Source: the human T2T-CHM13v2.0 reference genome, Homo sapiens | Reading direction: 5' to 3' (one strand) | Length of the DNA stretch: 64,000 nt | Assembly: GCF_009914755.1 (NCBI RefSeq) | Contig: NC_060931.1 | Shown: one piece after another, positions 26,461-42,130 of the stretch | How positions within the stretch are numbered: the stretch's first letter is position 1 | Layout: each line of letters opens with the position of its first letter | Notes under the pieces: generated by a model | What the model was told of the DNA's origin: nothing | Database searches by the model: none | The model's input: only the letters and a program-made list of their open reading frames with translations | Position numbers and translations under genes: made by a program

Positions 26461-28582
26461 TGATTTTTTAAATTTTCTCTAATTTTATTGTCCTGTATGT
26501 ATAGATTTAATTTTCAAGTGCAGAGTCAAAAGATATTAAATATATTTTTGAATTTTGAAACGTGATTAAAGGAAAACCAAATCCTAAGTGACCTAAAATT
26601 CATATTGGGTTTTAATTTACCGGTGTTTGTTTTTTACTTAGCACTAAATCTCTTACAATATAGAGTGTTGCTTTGCTACTGTAATCAAGTTAACACCTGC
26701 AACGTGACTTTAAGTTTAAAAGATACAATGTAGAAAATGCATTCTTACTATCCTAGGGCATTTTTTTTAACCTCCTTAACCATGGCATTTGAAGTTTGGA
26801 CATGAATAACAGTGCTTTTTTTTTAAGTTGGAGAAAGGAAACCTATACCTGCCAAGAGTTGGAAATGAAAATAGGAAGAGCCCCTGGAACTCTAGTGTGT
26901 TAGATTGAAAACATTATTTAGAGGAACAGACTGGGAAACCAGTGAATATTTTGGCTTTTATAGAAAGGGAGTGTGCCTCATAAACAGGACAGTTGGAATG
27001 TATGGAAAATTTCCAGTGAAAACAAGAAACAAAGCACATGACTAATACTGCTTTTCCAAGTTAGACAAATGCAGCTTTAACCAGAATTTGCCACTGAGGG
27101 GCCTTGGGGGCCCTCCTTGAATCTGGATACTTTGATCCCTTTTTCAAGTTCTAAGTCTAATGTAGGAAAAGCTGTACAGATAGATGATATGGTTTTGACC
27201 CCCATCTTTCTTCCTGTTTCTGCCGTTCTTGAAAATTCCCAGCAGGTGAGTGTCAGAAGACAAATTGAAGTATTCAGCTAAATAAGCAACTGCAAAACTG
27301 AATTTATTCCTCTTCAAGAACTACTCTTCTTGTATGTTGAGTGACCATTTGGCTGCCAAGAGAAACTGCTTTGCCTAGGAAATAATATGGACTGAAAAAT
27401 CAGTTTCAAACACAAATGAAAAATATTCCTTATGTTTGGTCATCTTCTTTCCACATCAAATATACATGTAAAGATGTATATAAGATATAATCTGAAGATA
27501 ATCAAACAGCTATTAACTGGATTTCTGCATTTCGCCTATCCTTCAAAACCAGCCTCAAGTCTACCTTTATGTTGAGAGAGTGTATCTTTAACTCATGGTG
27601 TTCTCTTTCTCCTTTCACGTTTCCTGTAAACTCATCATGAATTGCCTTGTTTATTGTTTTGATTTCTCATTCAACAACACCAGAATACTCTGTGTTTAGG
27701 GTAACCTTAGACTTCAGTTTTCCTGAGGAGTTTCAGTTTACACGTCTTGCACCGGTACAATTAACAGTGCCCCTTTCAGGTTAAAAAGTGTCTCAGTGTA
27801 GTTCATAAATTATATAGTCACCCCATGTGTGCAGCAATCAGAGCTTTTTCAATGCAAAGTTGATTATGATGGGCATAAATGAATCATAATAAAAAGTTCT
27901 AGTATGATCCCATCTGACTGGGCTTCTTGTGATGGCCCATTTCAACACCATGGGTGTCACTAGTGGCTTCACAATGGTTCTTCTTGTAAATTCCCTCATG
28001 ACCTAGAGTTTTGATTTATGCCATCCTAGCCCACTTTAAGCTCTGACTCATGCTGGGATTGCCCTAAACAGGGCAGGGCAGACTAATGGAATGCATTGCA
28101 TTGTCCTAACATTTCTTAACCTGCCCAAGGTTGAACATGCTTGTTTGTTTTTCTTTTGCTCTCCAAAAATCTTTATGCTAGCGTAAAGGCCTGTTGTAAT
28201 CACATAAATTACTCACTATGTAACAGGAGAAGTTGAAATTTGTCCCTGAAACATAAAGATTATATATAATAAAAGCCTTAAAAACCTACCTATTGAGAAC
28301 CAAAGATATTTAGTGCTGTTTCCTAACTGGCATTACAAGAAAATTCTGCTCAGTCAGGGGATACTCACCTTTCAAGGGACAAGGAACATGTAATGAATTT
28401 AAATTTGGTTTAGATCTGTGTAATAAGGAAAAGTAAGTGAATTTGGTGATCTTGTACCTGAGGATGGCGGCATTAAAAAAAGACTATTTTAACTTAATAT
28501 CATTTCATTAACTTCTTTAAAAATAAGCTAGTTCAGCTGAACTACACAATATCAGAAGACCAAGTGTAAGAAAACGGTAATC

Positions 28583-28931
<349 letters not shown>

Positions 28932-29374
28932 CTAGTTATGTATCATTATGTAAACATAGTTACATTGCCTTTTGTGATAAATAGGTTTTGGAAATGAAGA
29001 TTACTTAAGAATATATGTAGTCAAGACTTATAAAAACTCAGGAATTAAATTGTCAAATTAACCTCTACTTGGAATATTATTTATTAATTACACATTTACT
29101 GAGTGTATTCTAGTATATTGAGTGTATGTACAAGGCTCATATACTGGGTATATAAAGAAAATGTATTTAAGCACCTTTCCTCCCAGGAACTGGTAGTCTA
29201 GTATTCTTACTTTTCCAAGGAAAAACAAACAAACAAACATGAAGAAATATATCTCTTTAGTATGGATGATCTACTTCACATAAAGTAATTTTATGCTGGA
29301 CATTTCTTTTAAAACTTTACATTTATTCTGTTAGAGTCTCTTATTTATCTTTCAAAACTCAGATGAAAATTCAT

Positions 29375-30335
29375 CAGTTAGGAATTGTGTTTATCTGCAA
29401 GTAAGAGGGTCTTTGAAAACAGGACGAAGTAAGATTCGAGTAAGCTTTCCTTTCACATCAGACCCAGTTCTGAGAGTAAACGAGCAGATACAGGGACTCC
29501 TTGGTATTCTGAGAGGCCTGGGCTCCTTTTCTCCGGTTGTGTTTAGCCTCGGCTTCTATGAGACAAGTTCCCTCAAGTCTGAATATGGCTGCTGCAGGTC
29601 TGGACATTACAGCCATGTTCCAGGCAGAAAGAGGCAGGATGGGCATAAGGGGAATAAAAAGGAAAACAAGAAAACTTTTTTGAAAACTTTCACAGAAGCC
29701 CCATTCAGAAACTTCTGCTTCCATTTAAATCATCATCGTTAGTTATGCAATCATCATCATTACAAGAGAAGGTGGGAATTGTGGCATTTCAGTTCCTCTC
29801 AATGCCACCTTCAACAAATTTAGGATTCCGTTAGTTAAGAACAGGCAGGCAAACAGCAATCTGTGTGACAATACACTCTAATCATTTATCACCCTCTGGG
29901 GGAGATTATTGTATAGACATTGCTAGTGCCCCACCCATGCTCTTTTTATAGGGCTGGTGCACCCATCCCCAGCTGCTCTGCATTCTGGCCGTTTATGGCT
30001 CACAGTTGTCACTTTCTCAAAGGAATTGCCCTCCACCAAAAGGAGCCACATTGCTTAGAGATGCCTGGAACATCAACCCGCTCCAACCCCACTCCTCCCC
30101 GTACCAGGCTGCCTGCAGCCAGTGACTGTCTGATATGGGGTAGAAAACAGGCCCCAGGCTCCCAGGTGGGATAACTTTGTGTTGTCGTTTGGGCTCAAAG
30201 CTATGGGAGGGGTCAGGTTGAGGCCACACTCCCATTGCACCAACGTATATGCTTGCTGCCATGCCTCACTGCCTGTCCCAGTAAATCACTTGCTAACAAT
30301 CTCTACTCTAGGGTCTTTCTCAGGGGAATTAAAAC
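29375..30335. mobile_element. Two adjacent old ERVL-type LTR remnants (LTR33-like ~29375-29870, LTR16-like ~29910-30335)
   Basis: Recalled motifs: cagttaggaattg...atggctgctgcag...catgttccaggcag, and cccatccccagctgct...aaggaattgccctc...agtaaatcacttgc. Confidence 0.5.
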
Positions 30336-32822
30336 AATTGTTTTTTCTTGTAATGTCCTCATTCCCCCAGCTTCCTCCTGAGCTACTATGTAAGAATTGA
30401 ACATTATTGTACTACCTCCTTCTCTTCCAAATACACGTTCAGACTATCAAACCTAATCACTGGACCAGCAAACAGAGAAGGCAAGATAGAGAGGAATCCA
30501 AACTGGTTTTCACTAAACATAAATACTATTGTAGGTTTTTCTAAGTGAAAGTAGAGGCAAAATTATTTAGAGAAAATAGTTTGCCCCATAAAGATACTTA
30601 TTTTCATTTCCATGGTCTGAATGCTTGTTTGCTACAAGTTTGAAACAAATTAAACACTGTGCTGTAGGCAAAGGAGAGGAATGTGCCAGCCTAGGCTGGG
30701 CGACACTGCAAGAGAGTAGTATTTCCTGAAAGCGTAATTCAGGAGCCAACTACAAATATTTTGAATTTCATGAATATTGTTCAATTAATTCTATATGAGC
30801 ACAGTTTAAATAAGCATTGGTGGTACTTAGTAACTAAAGTTTTTCCACAGATGTGTTATCATTATTTGAATGACATCTGCTTCTTTGTCTATTTCAACAA
30901 ATAGATCCTTGCTCCCCCTGTTTTGAGGGATCATCTCAGACACTAACTTCCCGGTAATGTATCTTCTCTACTACTTCAGAACCTCCCTACTCAGATCCAC
31001 CTTTTTCAGAGAGCTTTCTATGTTTCCTCCTTTTCTCTCACGCCCATTTACTTAATCCCTCGTAACATTTAACTGACTTTTGTTTTGTTTCCTGTACCTT
31101 ATTTTCAAAGAAGTAGGCCTAAGCACCTACTCCTTCCCTTTATTTTTGTAGGGGCCTTTAGGAAACCTCAAATCAAAACTTGGAATAACTAGGTCATGGC
31201 AAGTGATTAGAATGCCAATGTATTTATTTGTTTTAATTTTTATATTAAATAATAGCATATATTTCTCTGCAAAAGAGAGATTCAGTAATCAAGTAATGTA
31301 TTTTAAGGTATATTTACATGACTATGATATGTATATCTAGAAGGAGGAAAACCCAGTTATACTCTAAACTTTACTCTTAAGCATGCTCAATTCGTCTGAT
31401 TTTGACTGTTATCAAAGCAGAACATGTATTAATTACAACAGTGTTTACTTGTTTTATTTTTTAAGGAAGTAGCTTTATACGGTTATTCAAATTTAATTTA
31501 ATTTGTATAGTAAATGCAATTGGGAAAGGGATATTGCCTGGAAAAAAATGCATTTCTCACAAATCATTTTGTTTAGGAGTAACAGAAGAATCCAGAATGA
31601 TTGATTCTAAATATCAAGTACTACAGTCTTTGTCAGTTGTAATTGTTCTTTTTGCCAGATAACCATGAACATCCTTTAAATGTTGTTGAAATTTTATTGA
31701 CTTTACTACAGAAAAAAACTAGAAATGTCTCTAAAAACTTGTACTTGATCCAATCACTTGATTTATGGAAAGATCCCATTCTAAACACTGAAACTTCTAC
31801 TGTCCTTTTTAGTTTTGGGGAGTTTGCTGGTCCATTTTTTCCCCTGTCACTTCTATCAGCTAAATATTTTCAAAATAATATGAATGAATGGCATCATCAA
31901 AAACAAAGAATACCTAAGTGGGTGTCATGAATATGTTTTTTCCTGACTTTTGTGTACTCTATCCTGTTGATGATGGATATTTATTATACTTTATGACAGA
32001 TAGCTATAGGGGTCATTTCACATATGTCATAACCATTTAATTCTGGGAAATAATTTAAAAATTGTTCAGCTTAAATCAATGTTCATGTTGCAAAATCTGA
32101 ATAAAATGCAGGTGTTCTAAGAGATCTTCAGTAAGCCAGTTTGTAGTGATGCCAAAATTGTATTTGTAATAGATTGGATGGATGTGTATATATTCAACTT
32201 TATGGGCTTTTAAGAATCTTTTTTTTACTAAATAAATGCAGTACTTTTTACTTAATAGCCATTTTTATATATTAGCTGTATTTTTAAAACTTTATCACCC
32301 AAGGGACTTTCATTTTAAAGACAGCATGTTACATTTACGACAAGTTTGAGGACACATAACATCTTTCTTTGTTTTTTTGAACATAGAGATTAATATACAC
32401 ATGAACATACACGTATATATGTGTCTATATATATGTGTGTGTATGTGTATATAGATAATATACCCAACATAGATAATATTAATTATAATGACATTACAAC
32501 AGTTTCTTTATCGAATGCCTACTATGCCGTGAGCACTCTGTTGGGATGCTTTACCTTACTTCATCCTCACATCAGCAATTTGATATGGTTATAGTTAGCC
32601 CTTTGTTACTGCGGAGGAGATGGAGACTTGGAGAGTTTAGGTAACTAGCTTAGTAAGTAGCTGTGCTATGGAACATTGGAAGTTTCCTCCCAGTAACTAT
32701 TTAGCAATACTACCTCATCACACCTGTTGTCAACAGTTGTAAGACAATGAGAAAATATAAGACACACAGCACATGCTAACAAATCCAGAAATAGAATTAC
32801 TTAGAATATACACACTTATTGA

Positions 32823-33193
<371 letters not shown>

Positions 33194-33427
33194 TACCTGG
33201 TTACTTTCTCTAGATGGGAGATAGCAATGTGACATAAAACTGCCCCAGGGGCTCCAGAACTGCTGGTACAGTTATACTTCTAAAGCACTAGGCCCCAAAC
33301 CAATTTTTCTCAGATTTCCAGATGATAAAAATATTAGCATCATTTTTTTCTTTTTTTTTTTGTGAGTCACAATGGATGTCAACTTTCTAACCCTTTTTAT
33401 TTCTATTTTCTTCCTGCTCTTTCCTGA

Positions 33428-34095
<668 letters not shown>

Positions 34096-35276
34096 GCAGT
34101 ACATTTTTTTTTTAATAACATGGGCTTTATGAGGCACTGAGAACTAAAACAAATGAGCACAAGAGGAGGATCTGAGGATCTGTGCTTTAGCACATTATAA
34201 TACTTCTTCCATTGGCTTAAGAATTTCCATTGGGATCAATAAAAAATAATCCTTATTAAAATGCAGTGTTCGAATATAAAGAATAAGGTGCATATTGCAA
34301 CATCACTAGGCAAATAGCTGAACAAGCAGCAACTGCAATCATAAAGTGGGAAAACCCACTCAGGCACAACCTCTAATGAGGTGTCAGTGCAGTGCTGAGG
34401 GCTGCTAGGGAACCATTGCTGGAAAGTAGTTTTCTTGTAATGTTGGATGGGAGGGCAAATGAACTAGGTAGACCCAGAAGCTGAAGACAGACTGTCCGTG
34501 TCTGTAAACAGCAGTCATGCTTTGTTGTATATGCAGTGTAGAGATTTTTACTTTCACAGAAGGGTGTGTTTGTATGTGTGTTGTGGGAGGGGAGGGAAGG
34601 AGAGAGAGTGTGTGTGTGTGTGGGAGAGAGAGAAGAAATTCCTAGCACACACTGACTAATAGCATTCAGTATACTTTGAACATTCAGTGAAAAGAATTCC
34701 TGTAATTGTTGATATTGGTATATTTGGTATTTTACTTACTTGCATATTTTTAAATTAGAAAGAAAATTCTTAAAATGCTGCATGCCAAAGTGTATCTGGC
34801 ATGTCTTCTGTGAAGTATAACCATGACACTCTCCAGAAATAATGTTTGACACTCTTCCCATGCAGTTCAATTTATGACCTTCCTCTAGTCCTGCAGAACC
34901 ATGTGGCCACCTCCTCCAGATCCATTTATGGGATCTTTTTTCCTGTAGCTATGTAGAACCTGAGAAATGTAAGCCCTGGAACCTGGGAAGTATTGACAGG
35001 ACCAACATTTCTCTCTCTCTGGGTCATCATCGTTAGGTGTCTGAAATATGAGATTAGAGATGGGAACTAGAACTTTTTAAAGAAAAGAATCAGAATACAA
35101 AGAAAACAGATTTTCACTTGTGAATTTGTTTTTGCCATGTGTACTATGGAAGTAGGAGCCTTATCTGAGCTTGAAACTAGGTACTAGGTTAACTTAGAAC
35201 AGAGTCAGACAATTGTTAGAAACAAAGACTGGAGTCCTAGATTCCACAGCTTCCCTTCCATGAGACTACAGTCCTT

Positions 35277-36135
35277 TAATTTTTTTTTTTTTTTTTTTTT
35301 TTTACTTGAGTAGCGTTGGGGTACAAGTGGTTTTTGATTACGTGGATGAATTGTATGGTGATGAAGTCTGGGCTCTTATTGTTTCTATCAGCCAAATTGT
35401 GTACATTGTACACAATAGGTAATTTTTCATCCCTCAGCCCTCTCCCAAACCCTTCTTCTGAGTTTCCAATGTCCATTAAACCATTTTGTATGTCTTTGGG
35501 TACCTATAGCTTAGCTCTCACTTGTAAGTAACACGTACTGTTTGGTTTTTCATTCCTGGGCTACTTTGCCTAGGATAATGGCCTCCAATTCCATCCAAGT
35601 TGCTGCAAAGGACATTATTTTTTTACGGCTGAGTGGTATTCCATGGTGTGTGTATATATATATATACCAGATTTTCTTTGTGCACTCTTCCACTGATGGG
35701 CACTTAGATTGATTCCATATGTTTGCCATTGTGAATTGTACTGTGATAAACATGTAAACACAGGTGTCTTTTTGATATGATGACTTCTTTTCCTTTGAGT
35801 AGATACCCAATGGTAGGACTGCTGAATCAAATGGTAGATCTACTTTTGCAACTGCAGTCTTTTTTTTTTTTTTTTTTTTGGAGTTTTTTCAATTATATTA
35901 TTATATATAATCACTTGGAAAAAACGTTCCTTTTTTTTTCACAACCTTGCCAGCATCTGTTGTTTCTTGACTTTTTAATAATTGCCATTCTGACTGCCAT
36001 AAGATGGTATCTCCTTGTGGTTTTGATTTGCATTTCTCTAATGATCGGTGATGTTGAGCTTTTTTTCATATGTTTATTAGCCACATGAATGTCTTCTCTT
36101 GAGAAGTGTCTGTCCGTGTTCTTTATCCACTTTTT
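35277..36135 (-). mobile_element. L1PB-like 3' fragment
   Basis: PolyT then ggggtacaagtggtttttg. Minus ORF contains ORF2 C-terminal IMSFAATWMELEAIIL. Confidence 0.92.
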
Positions 36136-36273
36136 GAGATTGCAGTCTTAACTGCCAACACAAAAGTCTTACCTGTTGAGTGAAACTCTTGGTCAAGTCT
36201 GAACTGAAATAGACTTAATTTCATGTTTCAGTTGAGTCAAGGCTACAAGTTGGCGAAAGTCAAATTAGGTCTG

Positions 36274-36604
36274 TGTCTTAGTTCATCTGTACTGCTAAAA
36301 CAAAATATCTGTGACTGGGTAATTTACAAACAATACAAATTTCCTTCTTACAGCTCTGGAGGCTGGGGAGTCCAGGATTAAGGTGCCAACATCCAGTGTC
36401 TTGTGAGGGACTTCTTGCTGTGTCCTTACATGATGGAAGCGCAGAAGGACAAAGAGAGCTAAAAGCTTTGGAGCCTTAATCCCATTCAGAAGGGTGGGGC
36501 CCTCATGATCTAATCACCTCCTAAAGGCCCCAGCTCTTAATACTATTGCATTAGAGGCTAAGGTTCAACATATGAATTTGGGGGGACACACTCAGACCAC
36601 AGCA
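36274..36604 (-). mobile_element. MaLR solo LTR (MST/MLT1A-like)
   Basis: tgtcttagt...cagctctggaggctgggg...caacatatgaatttggggggaca...agca. TSD gtctg/gtttg. Confidence 0.88.
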
Positions 36605-38580
36605 GTTTGCAAATGTGGTTAATGTCTACACCTAAATTGGTTTTCTTTCTGGAAACAAAACTAAAAAGGTCACTCACTTTTCTGAACATTTTAGTAGTAA
36701 GCAGATTTTACAGTTTGGCAGCCTACAACAGATGGAAAATTTTTAGGCTAAGGAATTTTCATACTCTGGGTAGCCAAGCTGGTGGTAAAGGAAGCACAAA
36801 ATATTAGAGTTCACTTTAGTTCTTTGAGTTCCAGGCCAGGTCTAGAAAGATTTGTGAAGTGAAGAAGTTTTGGACAATGTATACACAAAGTTGATATAAA
36901 GTGAAGGACAAGGCATAGAAGGAGATACATAGAGGAGATAATAGAACATTAAAGGTATTAGGGAAAGATGTTTCCTGCTTACTCCATTGAGTGTCTGGGG
37001 AAATACAGGGAAGGGTGCTCCATACTACCCCAGTTAGCACTTCTAACTGCAAACACAGGAGTAAACACAGTTCCTCCCTCTCTACTCTTCTCCTACTACC
37101 TTCCCCTCTCATCCCCTTCCACCTCCAGGTCAGAACTGCTTTTATCTTGTATTTCCAGAATGTTGGGGAAAGTTGAGAGAGAAAGAAAAAAAGAGAAAAC
37201 GGTTGGAATATGGCTAGCTAGAGATTCTGTGGTCTCTATTCCCTTTAAAATTACCATGTCCATGTCCATGTGTGATTGGGCACATACACACATGTGCATG
37301 AGTGTGCACATGCACACAGTTTTCTTTTATATGTAATACATTTTTTAAAGGGATGAACTTGGATTAGAAGAAAGAAAACGAGATGGCAAAGAGAGATACT
37401 AAATGTGACTGCCTCTGGGGAGCAATCCTTAAATATGCCCTCTTCCTCCACCCCTACTCATCCCTCTCTAAAGCAGAGTGAGAGGCACCTTTTCCCTGTT
37501 CTTCTAGCACTTTGGTGAAATCTCTCTGTGCATCTTATACTATGTGATACTGTTTGCTTATATATGTCTCTTCTCTTCTTGTCTGTGATCCACCTATATC
37601 CGGGATGTCCCTTTTGTTTACTTTGAGTGAGATGGACAGATCACACCGTGACTTCCAGTGTCCTTAGAACATCTTATGTTAAAGAATAGACTGTAGGAAG
37701 TCTGAGATTGTTCTACTAAAAACTCATGATAAAATGATGTATGACTCATTCTGTATCATAGTTTGTGTTTTAACCTATACTAATGAGCCTTATTTTAATT
37801 GTTTCAGCAGTTAGTGGATGGAGGGATAAAGGTAAATAATTTCTAGGCACTACTATGTTATTAAAATATTATGGACATGTGCAGGAATCTATGGAAATGT
37901 GAATTGGTCATGATCTTAGATCTTAAGTCCTCCAATCTAAGAAATTAAATTAACTAAAACAACTCATTCAGTTTAACCACTTTAATTCTAAAATACTAAA
38001 TCATGCCAGTATGTCTGGTTCTGGTATTCCTCAAGCCAAAATCATCAATATTAACACAATTAGAATTCCCAAGTTAATTACTTTATATGCCCATCAAGAT
38101 TGTTTCTCAGAAAATTCATTCACTGTGATTTAATGTGAATTTATATGTTGAGATTTATGTCTATAAACAATAATTTTTGTAGGAAAAACTCTAGAATGCA
38201 AAGCACCTATTTGTTTCAGAGAATAGGAAATACAGTGAAACTTACTAAACTTTCTAAAAAATGTGGAAGGTCCTTGTCCTCTACTATTGCAGCAGAATTG
38301 AAGCCAGACCCCCAAACCTGACCAAAATCAGATTTTTGTCACTCTTCTTTCTCCCAAATTCATAACTAAATCATAATTATCCAGGTGTCTATTAATTACA
38401 ATGAGCCGGTCGACTCTTTCCAATAAATTATATATCTTTGTTGTCAGATTTTTGTAATAAAAGGTCCTCTTGTTTCAGTTTTTCATTTGTTTCAATTGTT
38501 CATTTGTTTCATTTTAGTCTAGAATTATATACGCTTTCTATTTTGAGAGTAAATTATAACTGTTTTCTCCTTCATTGCAG

Positions 38581-38666
38581 AAGACAATAGATGTGCATCT
38601 TCAAATGCAGCATCCTGTGCCAGGTGCCTTGCGCTGGGTCCAGAATGTGGATGGTGTGTTCAAGAG
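38581..38666 (+). CDS. ITGB8: Integrin beta-8 exon 2 (PSI domain)
   Basis: Acceptor ttttctccttcattgcag, donor GAG|gtgtgc. 86 nt, reads (E)DNRCASSNAASCARCLALGPECGWCVQE with the integrin-beta CGWC motif, in frame with exon 1. Confidence 0.96.
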
Positions 38667-40299
38667 GTGTGCCATTTTTTTTTTTCTTTTTCTCATGGTT
38701 GACTTGAGCTATAGCATGACTTCATTTTCCTAATATTCTGTGCCTTGAAGGTGCATCAGGAAAAATAAAGATACTGCTGAACATAAGGAAAATTTTATTT
38801 GGTTTTATGCTTGGAAACAGCATATCTGGCTGAATATAAAATAAATCATAACATTTTTATTAGGAAAATTATGGTAATTTTGAAATGAAGTGCAAACCAT
38901 TTTATGTTTTCCATGTGTTCTATAGAGAGAATTGGCAACCACAGCTAGTAACTTTTGATAGTTAAGTAGGCTTTGGTGTGGAATTCTTGCTTCAGCTTGA
39001 GGCATTAGGTTATGTATCCTGTTGTTCAAAATAAGTGTTTTTCTGTTCTACCAAGAGAAACGAATCCTAATAACAAAATTCTTAGTAAAACAATTACAAT
39101 GCATTCCATCTTTCTTGGCTCTAGGGTTGTTTTGTGTTTTCTTCTTTTGTCAGTAATCTGGAGTTAGAACTGCCTGTATCTAGTAAATTGCACTGAAGAA
39201 GCGATCTGCTAATCTGGGGTTTCTTCTTGTATGAGATTGCCTAAATAATTTTACATTTACTTATGTAGCTCCTGGGAATTGGAACAAACAAACAGGTCTT
39301 TAATGGCTTTTTGCTTGACATGGAGATAAGTCTCTAGCTTTTGTCTCCTCTGACTTAACAACTGTGCCTACTGTTATCCTTCCAACCTCCTTTATTACTT
39401 CTTGGAGAAAAAAGAAAGTTATAAGGTAGCAACAGATGGTGGATATCACTTTCTTCTAGGAAGCAAGTCAGAATAGAGGCAGGGGAGGGGTTCAAGAAAC
39501 AGTAGGCATGTCTGAAAGTAAGTCTCCCTACTGATAGCCTAAAGGCTTCCCAGATGGACTCTGGGCTCCACCAGTGAGAAAACCAGATGTCATTCATGAA
39601 CTAGAAAGTGGTTCATCAGAACCCGTGAAGCCAGGCATGTCATAGAGAGGACAACTTCAGAGTTTCTGGGTCCGATCCCATCACTGCCTGTGAGCCAAAT
39701 GACCAAAAGAATTCACTTTATTCTAGCATCTCCCTTTCCTCGTCTCTATAACCTCAAATTTGGTGTCTGCTTCCAGGTTTTTCTCTGTCAAGAATGTTTC
39801 ATGGCTTGTTATTTCCTGACCCCAAACCAGTACTTCATTTTAGATTTTTACTGCTTCACTAAGGAAAATCCTTAGAGCCCTGAAGTTTGTGCCAACTTGC
39901 TGTCAACTGCTGAATGCTTTAGTGAGGGTAGTTTGGAAGAGCCTTCAAAAGATAGTACAGAAGCCCAGTTGTCAGCCACATGTAACATGTTAGCCATAGA
40001 ACATCAGGCTTCAGAGGGACCCCTTCTCCCTGTCACACCTTTGACTGGAAGAAAATAATCTGGAGAGTCACAGCTCTGGGAATAGCTGTCAGTCCTGCCA
40101 TAGAAGGAGGGATTTTGAGTATTCGGAGGAATCAGTTGTCTGATAGAAAGAGCTAAGTCAAGGAGAAAGGAGGTGGCTGCTGGAGGGGAGAAGGAAAACC
40201 TGTCACTGTTGGCAACATTCTTCAGATGGGATCTTAGGGAAAACGGTCAGAAACTCACTTGGGTGCTCATGTTCCCAAATATTCTATATAGCGCAGTGC

Positions 40300-40520
40300 A
40301 GCCTAGTTTATGTATTGAAAGAGCAGGCTCTGAAGAAACACTGAGTTGGATTCAAATCCTAGTTCCACCAGTTTCTAATGTTATAAACTTGCACATATTA
40401 CCTAATCACTTTGAACCTCAGATTTCCATACCTCTAAAATGGAAATACAAATTGAACCCGCCTCACAGTCTTGTGAGGATGAAATGAAGCAATGTGGGAA
40501 GCACTGGGCACAGAGGCATG
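40300..40520 (+). mobile_element. MIR
   Basis: gagcaggctctg...ggattcaaatcctagttccac...ctaaaatgg...tgtgaggatgaaatga. Confidence 0.75.
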
Positions 40521-41426
40521 GCTTAAGAAATGGGATTTAGGACTATATATAGAACTTTGACAAGGTTCTGGAACAACTCATTCACAGTTAGGAAACTAGG
40601 AGGATTGCCTGCATTAATAACATAACCTCAGGGGAAGCAGCCAGTTTTAGGACTCAGCCACTATCCATGCCATTAACAGGAGCTGTCCACTCCCTGCAGG
40701 CTGACCTGACGTCATTGAGAGGAAGAATGTATTATTTAATTTTGGAAGATCCCTCACCCTTTAGGTGCGGATGTGACTGATGCCAATGATTCCTCAACCA
40801 GCAAGGCTGGAAGGAGAGGCAAGGGAGAGGCAGGCTTTTTTTTTTTTTTTCTCCCCATGATTAGGTTAGATAAATGGTAACAACGTAAACCTGGCTTGAA
40901 TAATTTTCAAGGCTAATCAAAAGTAAAACGTCTCTAGAAAATTTAGACAGGATGTATCCAGTTTGCTTGCACTATTATGTAGCATGTTAATCTGCCATTC
41001 CATATACTTTGCTTTCTCTTTCCTTCTACACTACATAAGTAATTGGAAAATAATTAGGATAGAAACAGCATCATCAATATTACCTAGTTTAATGCCCCAT
41101 GTTCCTTTCTAACATCTATGGAAGACATGATATGTCTTGAAGAATTCCCTTCCTCTCCTACCTGTTGTGTCTGATGCAGAGTGTCATGCGTAGTGAGAGT
41201 TCAGAGCGTAGGCTCGGAGCATAGTTATACTTTCACAGCATATATGATAGGAAAAGTTTCACTGTCAAAGGGAATATGATAGAATTCTCTCACTTCTGTG
41301 CAAATTGCTATGTTTGGAAGTCAAAAAGACCCAGGCGTGGGTAGGAAAAAAAAAGTTTTCATATATATATATCCCCAGAATACTATATTAAATTGATGAA
41401 AATAACAACCAATAAAAAGCCAACCA

Positions 41427-41719
<293 letters not shown>

Positions 41720-41955
41720 AAAAAGCCAACCAGAGAAACTTCAGTCTGAGCTTTTCCTTCTCAAATAGGTTTTAGATGCAGAAAGTTGGAGTAGGATTTT
41801 TGCTTGTGTTTTTCTTGTAGAAATAGTAAAAACATAAGGATTAGAAGAAATTAAAATGATATAAAATACCAAAAATGCAATATTTGCTATGTCATTTTCT
41901 TTGGATGTAATTGATATACACTAAAAACATCAGTGATTTTCTTTCTTTTAAACAG

Positions 41956-42130
41956 GATTTCATTTCAGGTGGATCAAGAAGTGAACGTTGTGATATTGTT
42001 TCCAATTTAATAAGCAAAGGCTGCTCAGTTGATTCAATAGAATACCCATCTGTGCATGTTATAATACCCACTGAAAATGAAATTAATACCCAGGTGACAC
42101 CAGGAGAAGTGTCTATCCAGCTGCGTCCAG
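41956..42130 (+). CDS. ITGB8: Integrin beta-8 exon 3 (PSI/hybrid)
   Basis: Acceptor ctttcttttaaacag, donor CAG|gtttgg. 175 nt, DFISGGSRSERCDIVSNLISKGCSVDSIEYP...QVTPGEVSIQLRP. Confidence 0.97.
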
